From Eubacteriales bacterium (GTDB lineage Bacteria > Bacillota > Clostridia > Oscillospirales > QAKW01), in contig JAZSRD010000034.1 of NCBI GenBank assembly GCA_045538295.1, positions 1 through 51,854 of the forward strand: a DNA stretch of 51,854 bases. The letters run 5' to 3'. Made by a program: the position numbers and the translations under genes. Shown one piece after another: positions 37,191 to 45,969 of this stretch; the stretch's first letter is position 1, and every line of letters begins with the position of its first letter. Below the pieces are notes generated by a model. That model was not told the DNA's origin, ran no database searches, and saw only the letters and a list, made by a program, of their open reading frames with translations.

Positions 37191-38174
37191 ATGGCAAATA
37201 GCGTAGAGCGCTACTACCAAAAGAAAAAAAGACGTAAAAAACGGGCTAAGGTGGTCTTTTTTACCCTGCTGTTCATATTGATGATGCTGACCTTGGCTAT
37301 CCTTTCGGTTACGGTGTTTTTTAATGCCGAAACCATTTTAGTAGAGGGAAATACCCATTACTCCGCCGAAGAAATGCTGGAGGTGGGTGGCCTTAAAGTG
37401 GGGCAAAATCTGTTCCGTTTGGATAAATTTGAAGTGATCGATAAAATGCAGGAGCTGCCCTATGTAAAAACAGTTACCATCAAGCGCAGGCTGCCCAATA
37501 CACTTAGCGTAAAAGTTCAGGAAAATGAGCCGGTGGTGTGGTTGCCCGCAGGCAATCAAGCCGCCCTGCTCAACGAAGAATACCGAGTGCTGGAACTGGT
37601 GGATCTTCCTGCTGAAATTGCGCAAGCTATTCGGGCAGAGGATGCGGCACGGAAAGAAGCAGAAGAAAAGGAAAAAAACGACGAGCAGACCGAGGAGCCG
37701 GCAGACCAAGAAAAGCCTGGAGAGATGGAAGTGCCGGAAGAACCTGAAGAATCCGCAGAACCGGAGGCACCAGAAGAATCTGAAGAATCCGCTGAACCGG
37801 AGAACACCGCAGAGGCGGAAGAATTTTTACCCGGCGTGCCTCGTTTGGTGGGGGTTAATGCTACCGAACTGCAGGTGGGGAAAACCGCTTTATTTGGAGA
37901 AGAGGATTATACCGGCTTTTTACAACGGCTGTACGAGGGCTTTGCCGAAACAGAGGACCTGGATTGGAAGGATGTGGGCTTGGTTCAGTTCCATGCCCGC
38001 TATGATATAAAGCTTTTGTATAAAGAGCATGTTACCATTGATTTTGGTACGTTGGATCAAGTTTCCACAAAACTGGAACTGGCGGTATATCTTATCAACG
38101 ACAATGGAACTTCCCAAACTGCAACGGTAGATGTATCTGATACGGAGCGGGTGTATTATCGCCCCAAAAAGTAA
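37191..38174 (+). CDS. divIB: Cell division protein DivIB/FtsQ with acidic low-complexity insertion
   Basis: Basic N-terminus, TM, POTRA (VEGNTHYS, LPYVKTVTIKRRLPNTL); position between murG and ftsZ. Confidence 0.85.
   Translation: MANSVERYYQKKKRRKKRAKVVFFTLLFILMMLTLAILSVTVFFNAETILVEGNTHYSAEEMLEVGGLKVGQNLFRLDKFEVIDKMQELPYVKTVTIKRRLPNTLSVKVQENEPVVWLPAGNQAALLNEEYRVLELVDLPAEIAQAIRAEDAARKEAEEKEKNDEQTEEPADQEKPGEMEVPEEPEESAEPEAPEESEESAEPENTAEAEEFLPGVPRLVGVNATELQVGKTALFGEEDYTGFLQRLYEGFAETEDLDWKDVGLVQFHARYDIKLLYKEHVTIDFGTLDQVSTKLELAVYLINDNGTSQTATVDVSDTERVYYRPKK
37734..37805 (+). repeat. Two imperfect 36-bp in-frame tandem repeats within divIB
   Basis: CCGGAAGAACCTGAAGAATCCGCAGAACCGGAGGCA / CCAGAAGAATCTGAAGAATCCGCTGAACCGGAGAAC. 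Confidence 0.8.
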
Positions 38175-38176
38175 GA

Positions 38177-38220
38177 TTAAGGTGACAGGACCCGAATTCG
38201 TCTTGTCGCCTTTAATTTTT
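38177..38220 (+). terminator. Probable terminator between divIB and ftsZ
   Basis: AGGTGACAGGAC...GTCTTGTCGCCT stem with G-U pairs plus T-run. Confidence 0.6.
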
Positions 38221-38253
38221 CCATGAATTTCTTTTGAATTTTTATAAAAACAC

Positions 38254-38282
38254 TTGCAATTAATAAGATTTAATATTAAAAT
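38254..38282 (+). promoter_or_regulatory. sigma-A promoter of ftsZ
   Basis: TTGCAA-N17-TAAAAT. Confidence 0.6.
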
Positions 38283-38343
38283 AATACTATGAGTATTCGT
38301 GGATGACCCGTTATATAAAAATTAGCAGGAGGTAAAAGGAACA

Positions 38344-39438
38344 GTGGCAAGTTTTGAGTTTGCAGAAAGCGGCGAAGGCGTCGTTAATATAAAGGTAATC
38401 GGCTGTGGCGGCGGTGGCTGTAATGCAGTAAACAGAATGATCAAGGCCGGCGTGCAGGGCGTAGATTTTGTGGTGGTCAACACCGATAAACCGGTGCTGG
38501 ACGCATCTCCCGCTCCCGTTAAATTGCAGATCGGTGAGAAACTCACCAAAGGCAAGGGTGCAGGCAGTGATCCCCTGGTAGGCGAAAACAGCGCTATTGA
38601 AAGCCGTGAAGAGATCGAAGCCACCCTGCGTGGCGCCGATATGGTATTTATCGCTGCCGGTATGGGCGGCGGCACCGGCACCGGCAGTGCACCGGTGGTG
38701 GCTGAAATTGCAAAGGATATGGGCATTCTTACTGTGGCTATTGTAACCAAGCCCTTTGGCTTTGAGGGCCGCATGAAGATGAGAACTGCCGAGGCAGGCA
38801 TCGAAAAGTTGCGTGCCCACGTGGATAGCCTGATCATTATCCCCAACGAAAAACTCAAGGATGTATCCGCAGAGCGGATCACTCTGTTGAATGCCTTCCA
38901 GGTGGCAGACGATGTGCTTCGCCAGGGCGTTCAAAGCATTTCCGACCTGATCTTGATTCCCGGCCTGGTTAATGTGGACTTTGCCGACGTACATAAGATC
39001 ATGAAGGATGCCGGCAATGCTCATATGGGCGTAGGCCGTGCTTCCGGTAAGGATAAGGCTGTAAATGCAGCCGCCATGGCGATCTCCAGCCCCTTACTGG
39101 AAACCTCCATCGACGGTGCTACCGGTGTGATCTTCAATATTACCGCATCCCCCGATATTGGTATGGATGAAGTGGATGAAGCCAGCCGGATGGTAGAGCA
39201 GGCAGCTCATCCCGATGCCAACATCATCTGGGGTGTTGCCCTCAATAATGATCTGGAAGACGAAATTATTGTTACCGTGATCGCCACCGGATTCCCCTCC
39301 TCCGAGCGTACCCAAAAAGGGCTGGTTGCCGATGAGCCCATGCTCACTTTCCCCGGCACCACCGGTGAGGCAGCCAAAGAGGAAGACTCTGCTGACGATC
39401 TGAATTTCCTGGATCTTTTTGCCAACCTGGGTGAGTAA
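38344..39438 (+). CDS. ftsZ: Cell division protein FtsZ
   Basis: GGGGCNAVNRM, AGMGGGTGTG tubulin signature, NVDFADV. Confidence 0.98.
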   Translation: MASFEFAESGEGVVNIKVIGCGGGGCNAVNRMIKAGVQGVDFVVVNTDKPVLDASPAPVKLQIGEKLTKGKGAGSDPLVGENSAIESREEIEATLRGADMVFIAAGMGGGTGTGSAPVVAEIAKDMGILTVAIVTKPFGFEGRMKMRTAEAGIEKLRAHVDSLIIIPNEKLKDVSAERITLLNAFQVADDVLRQGVQSISDLILIPGLVNVDFADVHKIMKDAGNAHMGVGRASGKDKAVNAAAMAISSPLLETSIDGATGVIFNITASPDIGMDEVDEASRMVEQAAHPDANIIWGVALNNDLEDEIIVTVIATGFPSSERTQKGLVADEPMLTFPGTTGEAAKEEDSADDLNFLDLFANLGE

Positions 39439-39442
39439 AATA

Positions 39443-39477
39443 AAAAACACAGCCGTCCTTTGGGCGGCTGTATTTTT
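39443..39477. terminator. Intrinsic terminator after ftsZ
   Basis: ACAGCCGTCC-ttt-GGGCGGCTGT plus ATTTTT. Confidence 0.75.
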
Positions 39478-39495
39478 AAAAGGAGCATTTAAACG

Positions 39496-39987
39496 ATGAT
39501 TTGTCCGAGATGCGGAACAGAATATGAAGAGCATCATGAATATTGTCCCCGTTGCTTTTTCGGCAGACCCAAGGAAAAAAAGCATCTGCCTAAATGGCTG
39601 CGTTGGCTTTTGATCAGTGTGGCTGCTGTGGTGGTGATCGGCACTGCAGTGGGCATTTATGCCGCTACCTATTTCGATAGTGAATGGATGAACGGTGCCT
39701 GGGAGGGCTCGGATCTGGCGATCACCTTTGATACGGAATCGGAAACTTTTTATCTTTCCAACGTGGATTCGGTATTGTTTGGGGTGTTTACTGCCGATAA
39801 AGATGCTTTTGTACTTACTGCGGAAGATGGTAATGTGTATACCTACCGCTATGAGCGGCTCAATTATAATAAGATCCGCCTGTTCTTTACCCAAGGAGAT
39901 AAAACAGAAACCGTGATCCTGGTTCGTGTACGGCAAGAGGCGGAAGAGGAAGACGACGAAGAACTTCTTACCGATGCTATGTTTTAA
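39496..39987 (+). CDS. Zinc-ribbon single-pass membrane protein, function unknown
   Basis: CPRC...CPRC, one TM, beta-rich C-terminal domain; AAGGAG RBS. Confidence 0.75.
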   Translation: MICPRCGTEYEEHHEYCPRCFFGRPKEKKHLPKWLRWLLISVAAVVVIGTAVGIYAATYFDSEWMNGAWEGSDLAITFDTESETFYLSNVDSVLFGVFTADKDAFVLTAEDGNVYTYRYERLNYNKIRLFFTQGDKTETVILVRVRQEAEEEDDEELLTDAMF

Positions 39988-39991
39988 AATC

Positions 39992-40037
39992 AAAAGAGGC
40001 TGTGAAAAAATCTTAAGATTTTTTCACAGCCTCTTTT
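39992..40037. terminator. Perfect 46-bp palindrome, bidirectional terminator
   Basis: AAAAGAGGCTGTGAAAAAATCTT|AAGATTTTTTCACAGCCTCTTTT between convergent genes. Confidence 0.75.
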
Positions 40038-40147
40038 TTTATTTTGTTACGAAGGAATGTTGTTAAAAGTTATTGTTTTTTCTTCCCTTTTGCGGTTCGG
40101 ACTTTTTTACATCCCCTTTTCTTTGGCTAAATTTTAGATCTTTGGGG

Positions 40148-41632
40148 TTACCATTTCTGCTCCCCGGCTTTTTTTAGGGCATATGCCACCAGATCTTCTT
40201 TTTCGATCACGGTGTTGTGCAGTACCTTGGCATCTTTTAAGCCTGCCAGATTTTTGGGGATAGGCAGTTTGCTTACAGTTGCCAGCTGCTCCAGGCAATC
40301 AAATTCATCGGCGGCGGGGGTTTTGTTCAGCGCTTTCAGCACGGCATGGGGGAATTTAAAGGGGGAGGCGGTGGAAAGCACGATCACCGGTTCCTCGGGC
40401 TTTGTCTTTTTGTATTCTTCGCTCACTGCCCAGGCAACGGCGGTGTGGGTATCCATTAAATAGCCGTATTGATTCCAAACGGCGGCAATGGTGCTGGCGG
40501 TTTCTTCGTCACCGCAGAATCCGGCACCAAACTCTGCCTGGATCTTTTCCAGCATGGAAGCGGGTACCCGGTAACTGCCCTTTTCGTTCAGGTCCTTCAT
40601 CAGAGAGGCAACCAGTTCACTGTTCCCATCACTCATCATAAAGAGCAGTCGCTCCAGGTTGCTGGATACCAAAATATCCATGGAGGGGGAGGTGGTTTTG
40701 TAGAAGGGACGCATCCGATCGTATACACCCTCATTCAAAAAGTCGGTAAGTACCTTATTTTCGTTGGAGGCGCAGATCAATTTTTTAACAGGCAGCCCCA
40801 ATTTTTTGGCAAAATAGCCGGCAAGAATATCGCCGAAATTGCCGGTAGGCACCACAAAGGAAACGGGATCCCCGCAGGTGATTACCTTTTCCCGCACCAA
40901 GTCGGCATAGGCTTTAAAATAATATACCACCTGGGGCGCCAGCCTGCCAATATTGATAGAGTTGGCAGAGGAAAGCTCTGCACCGTTCAGCACTGCCGGG
41001 TCCTCCGAAGCGGCGGCAAAGGTTTTCTTTACCCCGGTTTGGGCATCGTCGAAGTTGCCGTTGATGGCGGTAACCTGCACATTGTTGCCGGTTTGGGTTA
41101 CCATCTGTGCCTTTTGCACGGCACTTACTCCGTTATTGGGGAAGAACACGATAATGCGGATTCCCTCCACATCGTGAAAGCCCTCTAAAGCAGCCTTACC
41201 GGTATCGCCGCTGGTGGCGGTAAGGATCACGATCTCTTCCTTTTTGCCGGTCTTTTTGCGGGAGGCTGTCATCAGCTGGGGCAGCATGGAAAGGGCAACG
41301 TCCTTAAAGGCGCTGGTGGGCCCCCGGAATAATTCCAATACATACCGATCTCCCACCTGTGCCAGGGGAGTAAGATCGTCGCTTTCAAATTTGCCGCAGT
41401 AGGCCTTTTGGGTAAGCTCGTCCATTTCCTCGGCGGAAAAATCCGGCAAAATAGCCTGCAGGATCTTGGCGGCCATGGGGATGGTGTCCAGTTCTAAAAG
41501 TTCTTGCCAATTCAGTTTTACGGCAGAAAAATCGGGGATCATATAAAGCCCGCCGTCCGGCGCAATGCCCTTTAAGATGGCTTCGGGACCGGTGGCAGTA
41601 AGGTTTTTGTTTCGTGTGCTTTGATAAAGCAT
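40148..41632 (-). CDS. thrC: Threonine synthase
   Basis: YQSTR, GIAPDGGLY, GPTSAFKD (PLP Lys), ATSGDTG, SANSINIGRL, PTGNFG; GGAGG RBS supports ATG 41632. Confidence 0.95.
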   Translation of the reverse strand: MLYQSTRNKNLTATGPEAILKGIAPDGGLYMIPDFSAVKLNWQELLELDTIPMAAKILQAILPDFSAEEMDELTQKAYCGKFESDDLTPLAQVGDRYVLELFRGPTSAFKDVALSMLPQLMTASRKKTGKKEEIVILTATSGDTGKAALEGFHDVEGIRIIVFFPNNGVSAVQKAQMVTQTGNNVQVTAINGNFDDAQTGVKKTFAAASEDPAVLNGAELSSANSINIGRLAPQVVYYFKAYADLVREKVITCGDPVSFVVPTGNFGDILAGYFAKKLGLPVKKLICASNENKVLTDFLNEGVYDRMRPFYKTTSPSMDILVSSNLERLLFMMSDGNSELVASLMKDLNEKGSYRVPASMLEKIQAEFGAGFCGDEETASTIAAVWNQYGYLMDTHTAVAWAVSEEYKKTKPEEPVIVLSTASPFKFPHAVLKALNKTPAADEFDCLEQLATVSKLPIPKNLAGLKDAKVLHNTVIEKEDLVAYALKKAGEQKW

Positions 41633-41664
41633 GGTTTTTGCCTCCAACATAAAATATATCTATT

Positions 41665-41693
41665 ATTTTACAAGAACTATAAATATTCGTCAA
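41665..41693 (-). promoter_or_regulatory. sigma-A promoter of thrC
   Basis: Minus strand TTGACG-N17-TAAAAT. Confidence 0.7.
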
Positions 41694-41707
41694 CAGTAAA
41701 TTTACAC

Positions 41708-41738
41708 AAAATAATACCCCCACTTGGCGTGGGGGTAT
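41708..41738 (-). terminator. Terminator of the ABC exporter operon
   Basis: ATACCCCCAC-N5-GTGGGGGTAT with T-rich tail on the minus strand. Confidence 0.75.
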
Positions 41739-41741
41739 CCA

Positions 41742-43571
41742 TTATGTGGCAATGCCCGCAAATTGGGATTGGTAAAGGTTATAGTAGGTGCCTCTTTTCT
41801 TCAAAAGACTGTGATGATCTCCCTCTTCCACCACTTTGCCGTGATCAATTACAATGATCTTATCTGCATCCTGAATGGTGGATAAACGGTGGGCAATGAT
41901 CAAACTGGTGCGGTTTTCCATGAGAGCGACCATGGCAGACTGAATATGCATTTCCGTGCGGGTGTCCACCGAGGAGGTGGCTTCGTCTAAAATTAAAATG
42001 CTGGGATCTGCTAAAATGGCACGGGCAATGTTCAAAAGCTGCCGTTGCCCTTGGGAAAGGTTCCCGCCGCCTTCGGTAAGCAGCGTCTCGTAATCCTTTT
42101 CCAACCGGCGAATAAACCGATCCGCTCCGGAGGATCTTGCCGCTTCAGCAATTTCCTCTATGGTGGCATCCGGGCGGCTGTAACTGATGTTGCGGGCAAT
42201 GGTGTCGGAGAAGAGCACCGTATCCTGCAGCACAATGGCAAGGCTTTTCCGCAGTGCATCCCGGGGAATATCGGTTAGAGGAATGCCGTCGATGGTAATA
42301 CTGCCGCTGTTGATGTCGTAAAATCGGGTGAGCAGATTTACCACCGTGGTCTTGCCGGAACCGGTGGCGCCCACAATGGCAACCTTTTGCCCCGCCTGCA
42401 CCTCTAAATTAAAGCCCTGTAAAACCGGCTTTTCCGGCACGTAAGAAAAGTGCACATCCTTAAAGGAAATGGCGCCCTGTACGTTGTGGGGATCATAGGG
42501 GGCAGTGCCGCCCTGATCCTCGGTTTCACTATCCATTACATCAAAGATCCGCTCTGCGCCGGCAATGGCGGTTTGGATCACTGCATATTGGTTGGCGATC
42601 TCGTTGATGGGGCGGGAGAATTGCTTGGTATACAAAATGAACGCCTGGATGGTTCCCACCGAAATATGCAGGATATGCTCGGAAGAAAGGCTTGCTAAAT
42701 AACCGCCCACAATGGCAATGAGCAAAAAGCCCACATTGGAGATAAAGTTCATCACCGGCCCCATAAATCCGCCGAAAATATTGGCATAAATTGCGGTTTT
42801 CTTTAAACGGTCGCTGGTGGCGTTAAAGTCCTGAATGGCACGGGGCTGGCGATTATACGCCACCACCGTGCGGTAGCCGGAGACCAATTCCTCCACTAAA
42901 CCGTTCACAGCGCCTAAAATGCGTTGCTGGCGCACGAAAAACTTTCGCATAAATTTAGTGATAAAGGTGGATGCCAGCAGAGTAAGAAAGATGGTAACGG
43001 TGCTCACCGCCGCCAGAAGCGGGGAATAGCAGATCATAATAATAAAGCACCCCGTTACCATCAGCAGTCCTGAGCAAAGGGAGGCGATGGAGCTGGAAAT
43101 GGAGGTGGAGATATTTTCCACATCATTGGTCATGCGGCTCATAATATCGCCGTGGTTGTGGGTATCGGTGTAGCGAATGGGCAGGCGTACCAGCCGGGCA
43201 AAGAGATCCTTTCGCATGGTCAGCACGGTTCCTTGCGCCAATTTGGCAGAGAAGATGCCCTGCAGGTAGGTGAGCACCGCATTCATCAGGTAAGTTGCCA
43301 GCAGAAAAAACAGCATCAGCATCAGCTTGGCACCGATCCCGCCGTCGATGGCATCGATTGCCTTTTGTTGCAGAGCAGGCGCCAGCAGATTGGCGCCGGT
43401 GATCAGCAGGGTAACACCCAACAGCACAAAGAAACTGCGTTTATTTCTGCCGATATAACGCACCAGGCGGGAAAGGGTGGCTTTCATGTTTTTTGGTTTT
43501 TCCACCTGCATCACAGGGCCCCGTCTGCCGGGGCGCATGGCTTGCATGGCGGTGGGTCTTTGGTCAGCCAT
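41742..43571 (-). CDS. ABC exporter ATP-binding/permease subunit
   Basis: TM domain plus GATGSGKTT, LSQGQRQ, ILDEATS, IAHRLS. Confidence 0.93.
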   Translation of the reverse strand: MADQRPTAMQAMRPGRRGPVMQVEKPKNMKATLSRLVRYIGRNKRSFFVLLGVTLLITGANLLAPALQQKAIDAIDGGIGAKLMLMLFFLLATYLMNAVLTYLQGIFSAKLAQGTVLTMRKDLFARLVRLPIRYTDTHNHGDIMSRMTNDVENISTSISSSIASLCSGLLMVTGCFIIMICYSPLLAAVSTVTIFLTLLASTFITKFMRKFFVRQQRILGAVNGLVEELVSGYRTVVAYNRQPRAIQDFNATSDRLKKTAIYANIFGGFMGPVMNFISNVGFLLIAIVGGYLASLSSEHILHISVGTIQAFILYTKQFSRPINEIANQYAVIQTAIAGAERIFDVMDSETEDQGGTAPYDPHNVQGAISFKDVHFSYVPEKPVLQGFNLEVQAGQKVAIVGATGSGKTTVVNLLTRFYDINSGSITIDGIPLTDIPRDALRKSLAIVLQDTVLFSDTIARNISYSRPDATIEEIAEAARSSGADRFIRRLEKDYETLLTEGGGNLSQGQRQLLNIARAILADPSILILDEATSSVDTRTEMHIQSAMVALMENRTSLIIAHRLSTIQDADKIIVIDHGKVVEEGDHHSLLKKRGTYYNLYQSQFAGIAT

Positions 43572-45318
43572 CGATCATTCCTCCTTCCTTGGTTTGGGAG
43601 CGGTAGATCTCTTGATAAACCGTACTGGTTTTTAGTAGTTCCTCATGGGTGCCGATGGCGGCAAGGGTGCCGTCCTCCAGCACAGCGATACGGTCGCAGT
43701 CTTTTACACTGGCTATGCGCTGTGCCACAGTAATTAAGGTGGTGCCTGTGAGTTCTTCCCGAATGGCACGCCGCAGCTTGCCCTCGGTGGCAAGATCCAG
43801 GGCAGAGGTACTATCGTCGAAGATCAGCAGTTCCGGCTTTCGTACCAAAGCCCGGGCAATGGAGAGCCGCTGCTTTTGTCCGCCGGAAAGGGAGGCGCCC
43901 TTTTCGGCGATCACGGTGTTGTAGCCCTCCGGCATTTTATCAATAAACTCTGCCGCCTGGGCAATGGTTGCTGCCCGGCAGATCTCTTCGTCGGTGGCAT
44001 CCGGATTGCCCCAGCGGATATTATCTGCCACCGTTCCGCTGAACAGTTCGCTCTTTTGCAGAACCACGGCGATCCGCTCCCGCAGGGCGGTAAGGTCATA
44101 TTCTCCAATGGGTACGCCTCCAATGGTGATCTCCCCCTCGGTGGCATCGTAAAACCGGGTGATCAGGTGAATTAGGCTGGATTTTCCCGAGCCGGTCGCC
44201 CCTAAAATGGCCAGGTTTTCTCCGGGCTTTACGCTAAGAGAAAGGTTTTTTAATACCGGTCTGCCGGCAAAACCGGGATAATGAAATCCCACTTGGTCCA
44301 GTTGAATATCCCCCAGCTTTTGGGGGCAATAATCGCCGCTGCGGATCACCGGTTCTGTTTGCAGTACTTCTGAAAGCCGCTTGCCGCTGGCACGGCCTCG
44401 GGCAATGGCTTGGAACATCATGCTCACCATCATAACCGAATGTAAGATCTGGGTGTTATAAGTAATGGCCGCCATGATGGTTCCCGCTTGCATGGCACCG
44501 GCTGCGGATTGCATGCCCCCTAAATAGATAATAGCTACAATGGAGCAGTTCATAATAATGGAAAGCATGGGGGAAAGGCGGGCAATGATAAAGGCAACCT
44601 TCAGGTTGGTTTCGGTAAGGGCTTCGTTGGCGTAATTAAAGCGTTCCGTTTCCCGCTTTTCTTGCACATAGGCTTTCACCATCCGTGCGCCGTTTACATT
44701 CTCCTGCATTACGTTATTTACTGTATCCAGCCGGCGTTGAACCTTGGCATAAAGGGGATTGGCTTTTCGCAGGATCAATGCCATCATCAGTAATTGAATG
44801 GGCAGTGCCGCCAGCAGGATCAACCCAAACCGCAGGTCCAGGGTCAACATCATAACGATGCCGCCCAAAAACATCATGCCAGAGCGCACAAACATGCGGA
44901 TGCACTGCTGCACAAAATGTTGCATCTGGGTAATATCGTTGGTCAGTCGGGTGATCAGGGAGCCGGTGGTAAATTTATCCGTTTGCTGAAAGGAAAGCTC
45001 CATGGCGCTTTTGAACACATCCTTGCGCAGATCGCAGGCAAAGTTTTGGGACGCCAGGCTGGCAAATACCGAGCAGGCGGTGCCGGAAATGCCTCCCAGC
45101 AATACCACCAGCAGCATCTGCAGCCCCACGGAGATCAGCAACTCCTGGTTGCTGCTCAAAACCCCCTCATTTACAAGTTTTTCCATGAACTTGGGCTGCC
45201 ACAGATCTGCCAGAACCTCTCCCATCATGGTAAGGGGCGAAAGGATGACCCATAGCCAGTAGGGTTTTAAGTATTTTAAAAGTCCGCCGGAACGGGATGG
45301 ATTTTCTGTTTTATTCAC
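43564..45318 (-). CDS. ABC exporter ATP-binding/permease subunit (degenerate-site partner)
   Basis: GATGSGKSS, LSGGQKQ, IFDDSTS (D for E), VAQRI (Q for H): heterodimeric exporter pattern. Confidence 0.93.
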   Translation of the reverse strand: MNKTENPSRSGGLLKYLKPYWLWVILSPLTMMGEVLADLWQPKFMEKLVNEGVLSSNQELLISVGLQMLLVVLLGGISGTACSVFASLASQNFACDLRKDVFKSAMELSFQQTDKFTTGSLITRLTNDITQMQHFVQQCIRMFVRSGMMFLGGIVMMLTLDLRFGLILLAALPIQLLMMALILRKANPLYAKVQRRLDTVNNVMQENVNGARMVKAYVQEKRETERFNYANEALTETNLKVAFIIARLSPMLSIIMNCSIVAIIYLGGMQSAAGAMQAGTIMAAITYNTQILHSVMMVSMMFQAIARGRASGKRLSEVLQTEPVIRSGDYCPQKLGDIQLDQVGFHYPGFAGRPVLKNLSLSVKPGENLAILGATGSGKSSLIHLITRFYDATEGEITIGGVPIGEYDLTALRERIAVVLQKSELFSGTVADNIRWGNPDATDEEICRAATIAQAAEFIDKMPEGYNTVIAEKGASLSGGQKQRLSIARALVRKPELLIFDDSTSALDLATEGKLRRAIREELTGTTLITVAQRIASVKDCDRIAVLEDGTLAAIGTHEELLKTSTVYQEIYRSQTKEGGMIDG

Positions 45319-45772
45319 AGTTATTTCCCCCTTTTTCGGTAAGGTTACGGTACATTTTCAAAAAGATGGGGCGCATCAGTTCAATTTCTTCTTGGGTGAT
45401 CCCCTCCAGTAATGCCTGCTCCGTTTCCCGTATGGCGGCTACCACCTTGCGGTCTGCTTCTTTTCCAAGATCTGTTAGCCGCACCCGAATGGCACGTTGA
45501 TCGTTGGGATCCGCCTTGCGGGTCACCAGCCCCTCGGCTTCCATCTTTTGCAGGGTCACACTAACAGCAGGGGTGGAAAGATGGGTGCGTTGCGCCAGTT
45601 CCAGCTGGGTCAGGCTTTCGTTGTGGGCAAGGTGAAACAGCATCCGCCGCCAGCCGTCTGCCATTCCCATGGCCTCGGTTTTTTGCCGCATTTGATCGTT
45701 GAAAAGCTTGGAAAGTTGGTTGATCAGCATGGAGGGCGGTGCATCTTCTATTCGTTTCTTCAAAAGGGTCAC
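45311..45772 (-). CDS. MarR family transcriptional regulator
   Basis: LTQLELAQ...VSVTLQKMEAEGLV, DPNDQR...LTDLG; GTG start. Confidence 0.92.
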   Translation of the reverse strand: MTLLKKRIEDAPPSMLINQLSKLFNDQMRQKTEAMGMADGWRRMLFHLAHNESLTQLELAQRTHLSTPAVSVTLQKMEAEGLVTRKADPNDQRAIRVRLTDLGKEADRKVVAAIRETEQALLEGITQEEIELMRPIFLKMYRNLTEKGGNNCE

Positions 45773-45780
45773 CTCTCAAT

Positions 45781-45828
45781 ATTAGTTAACTAATTAACTA
45801 TTTTAAGGGATTTAAAAATATTTGTCAA
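45781..45828 (-). promoter_or_regulatory. marR promoter with adjacent MarR-type operator
   Basis: Minus strand TTGACA(45823-45828)-N17-TAAAAT(45800-45805); palindrome TAGTTAA-ctaa-TTAACTA 45783-45800. Confidence 0.75.
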
Positions 45829-45900
45829 GAAGGCGAAATGCTTTCATCAACCTGCATAAAAAATAAACGGGATTTTTGACAAGCCGGGTTTTGAAACTTA

Positions 45901-45929
45901 TTGCAATCACTTGATATTTATGATAATAT
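45901..45929 (+). promoter_or_regulatory. sigma-A promoter of the moxR operon
   Basis: TTGCAA-N17-TAATAT with TG. Confidence 0.55.
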
Positions 45930-45969
45930 AATAATATTAATCAATTATTAATATTGAGGAGTAACCATC

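Noticed and set aside
41633-41700. T-box or leader-peptide attenuator upstream of thrC
   Set aside because: Promoter lies about 30 bp from the start codon, leaving no room
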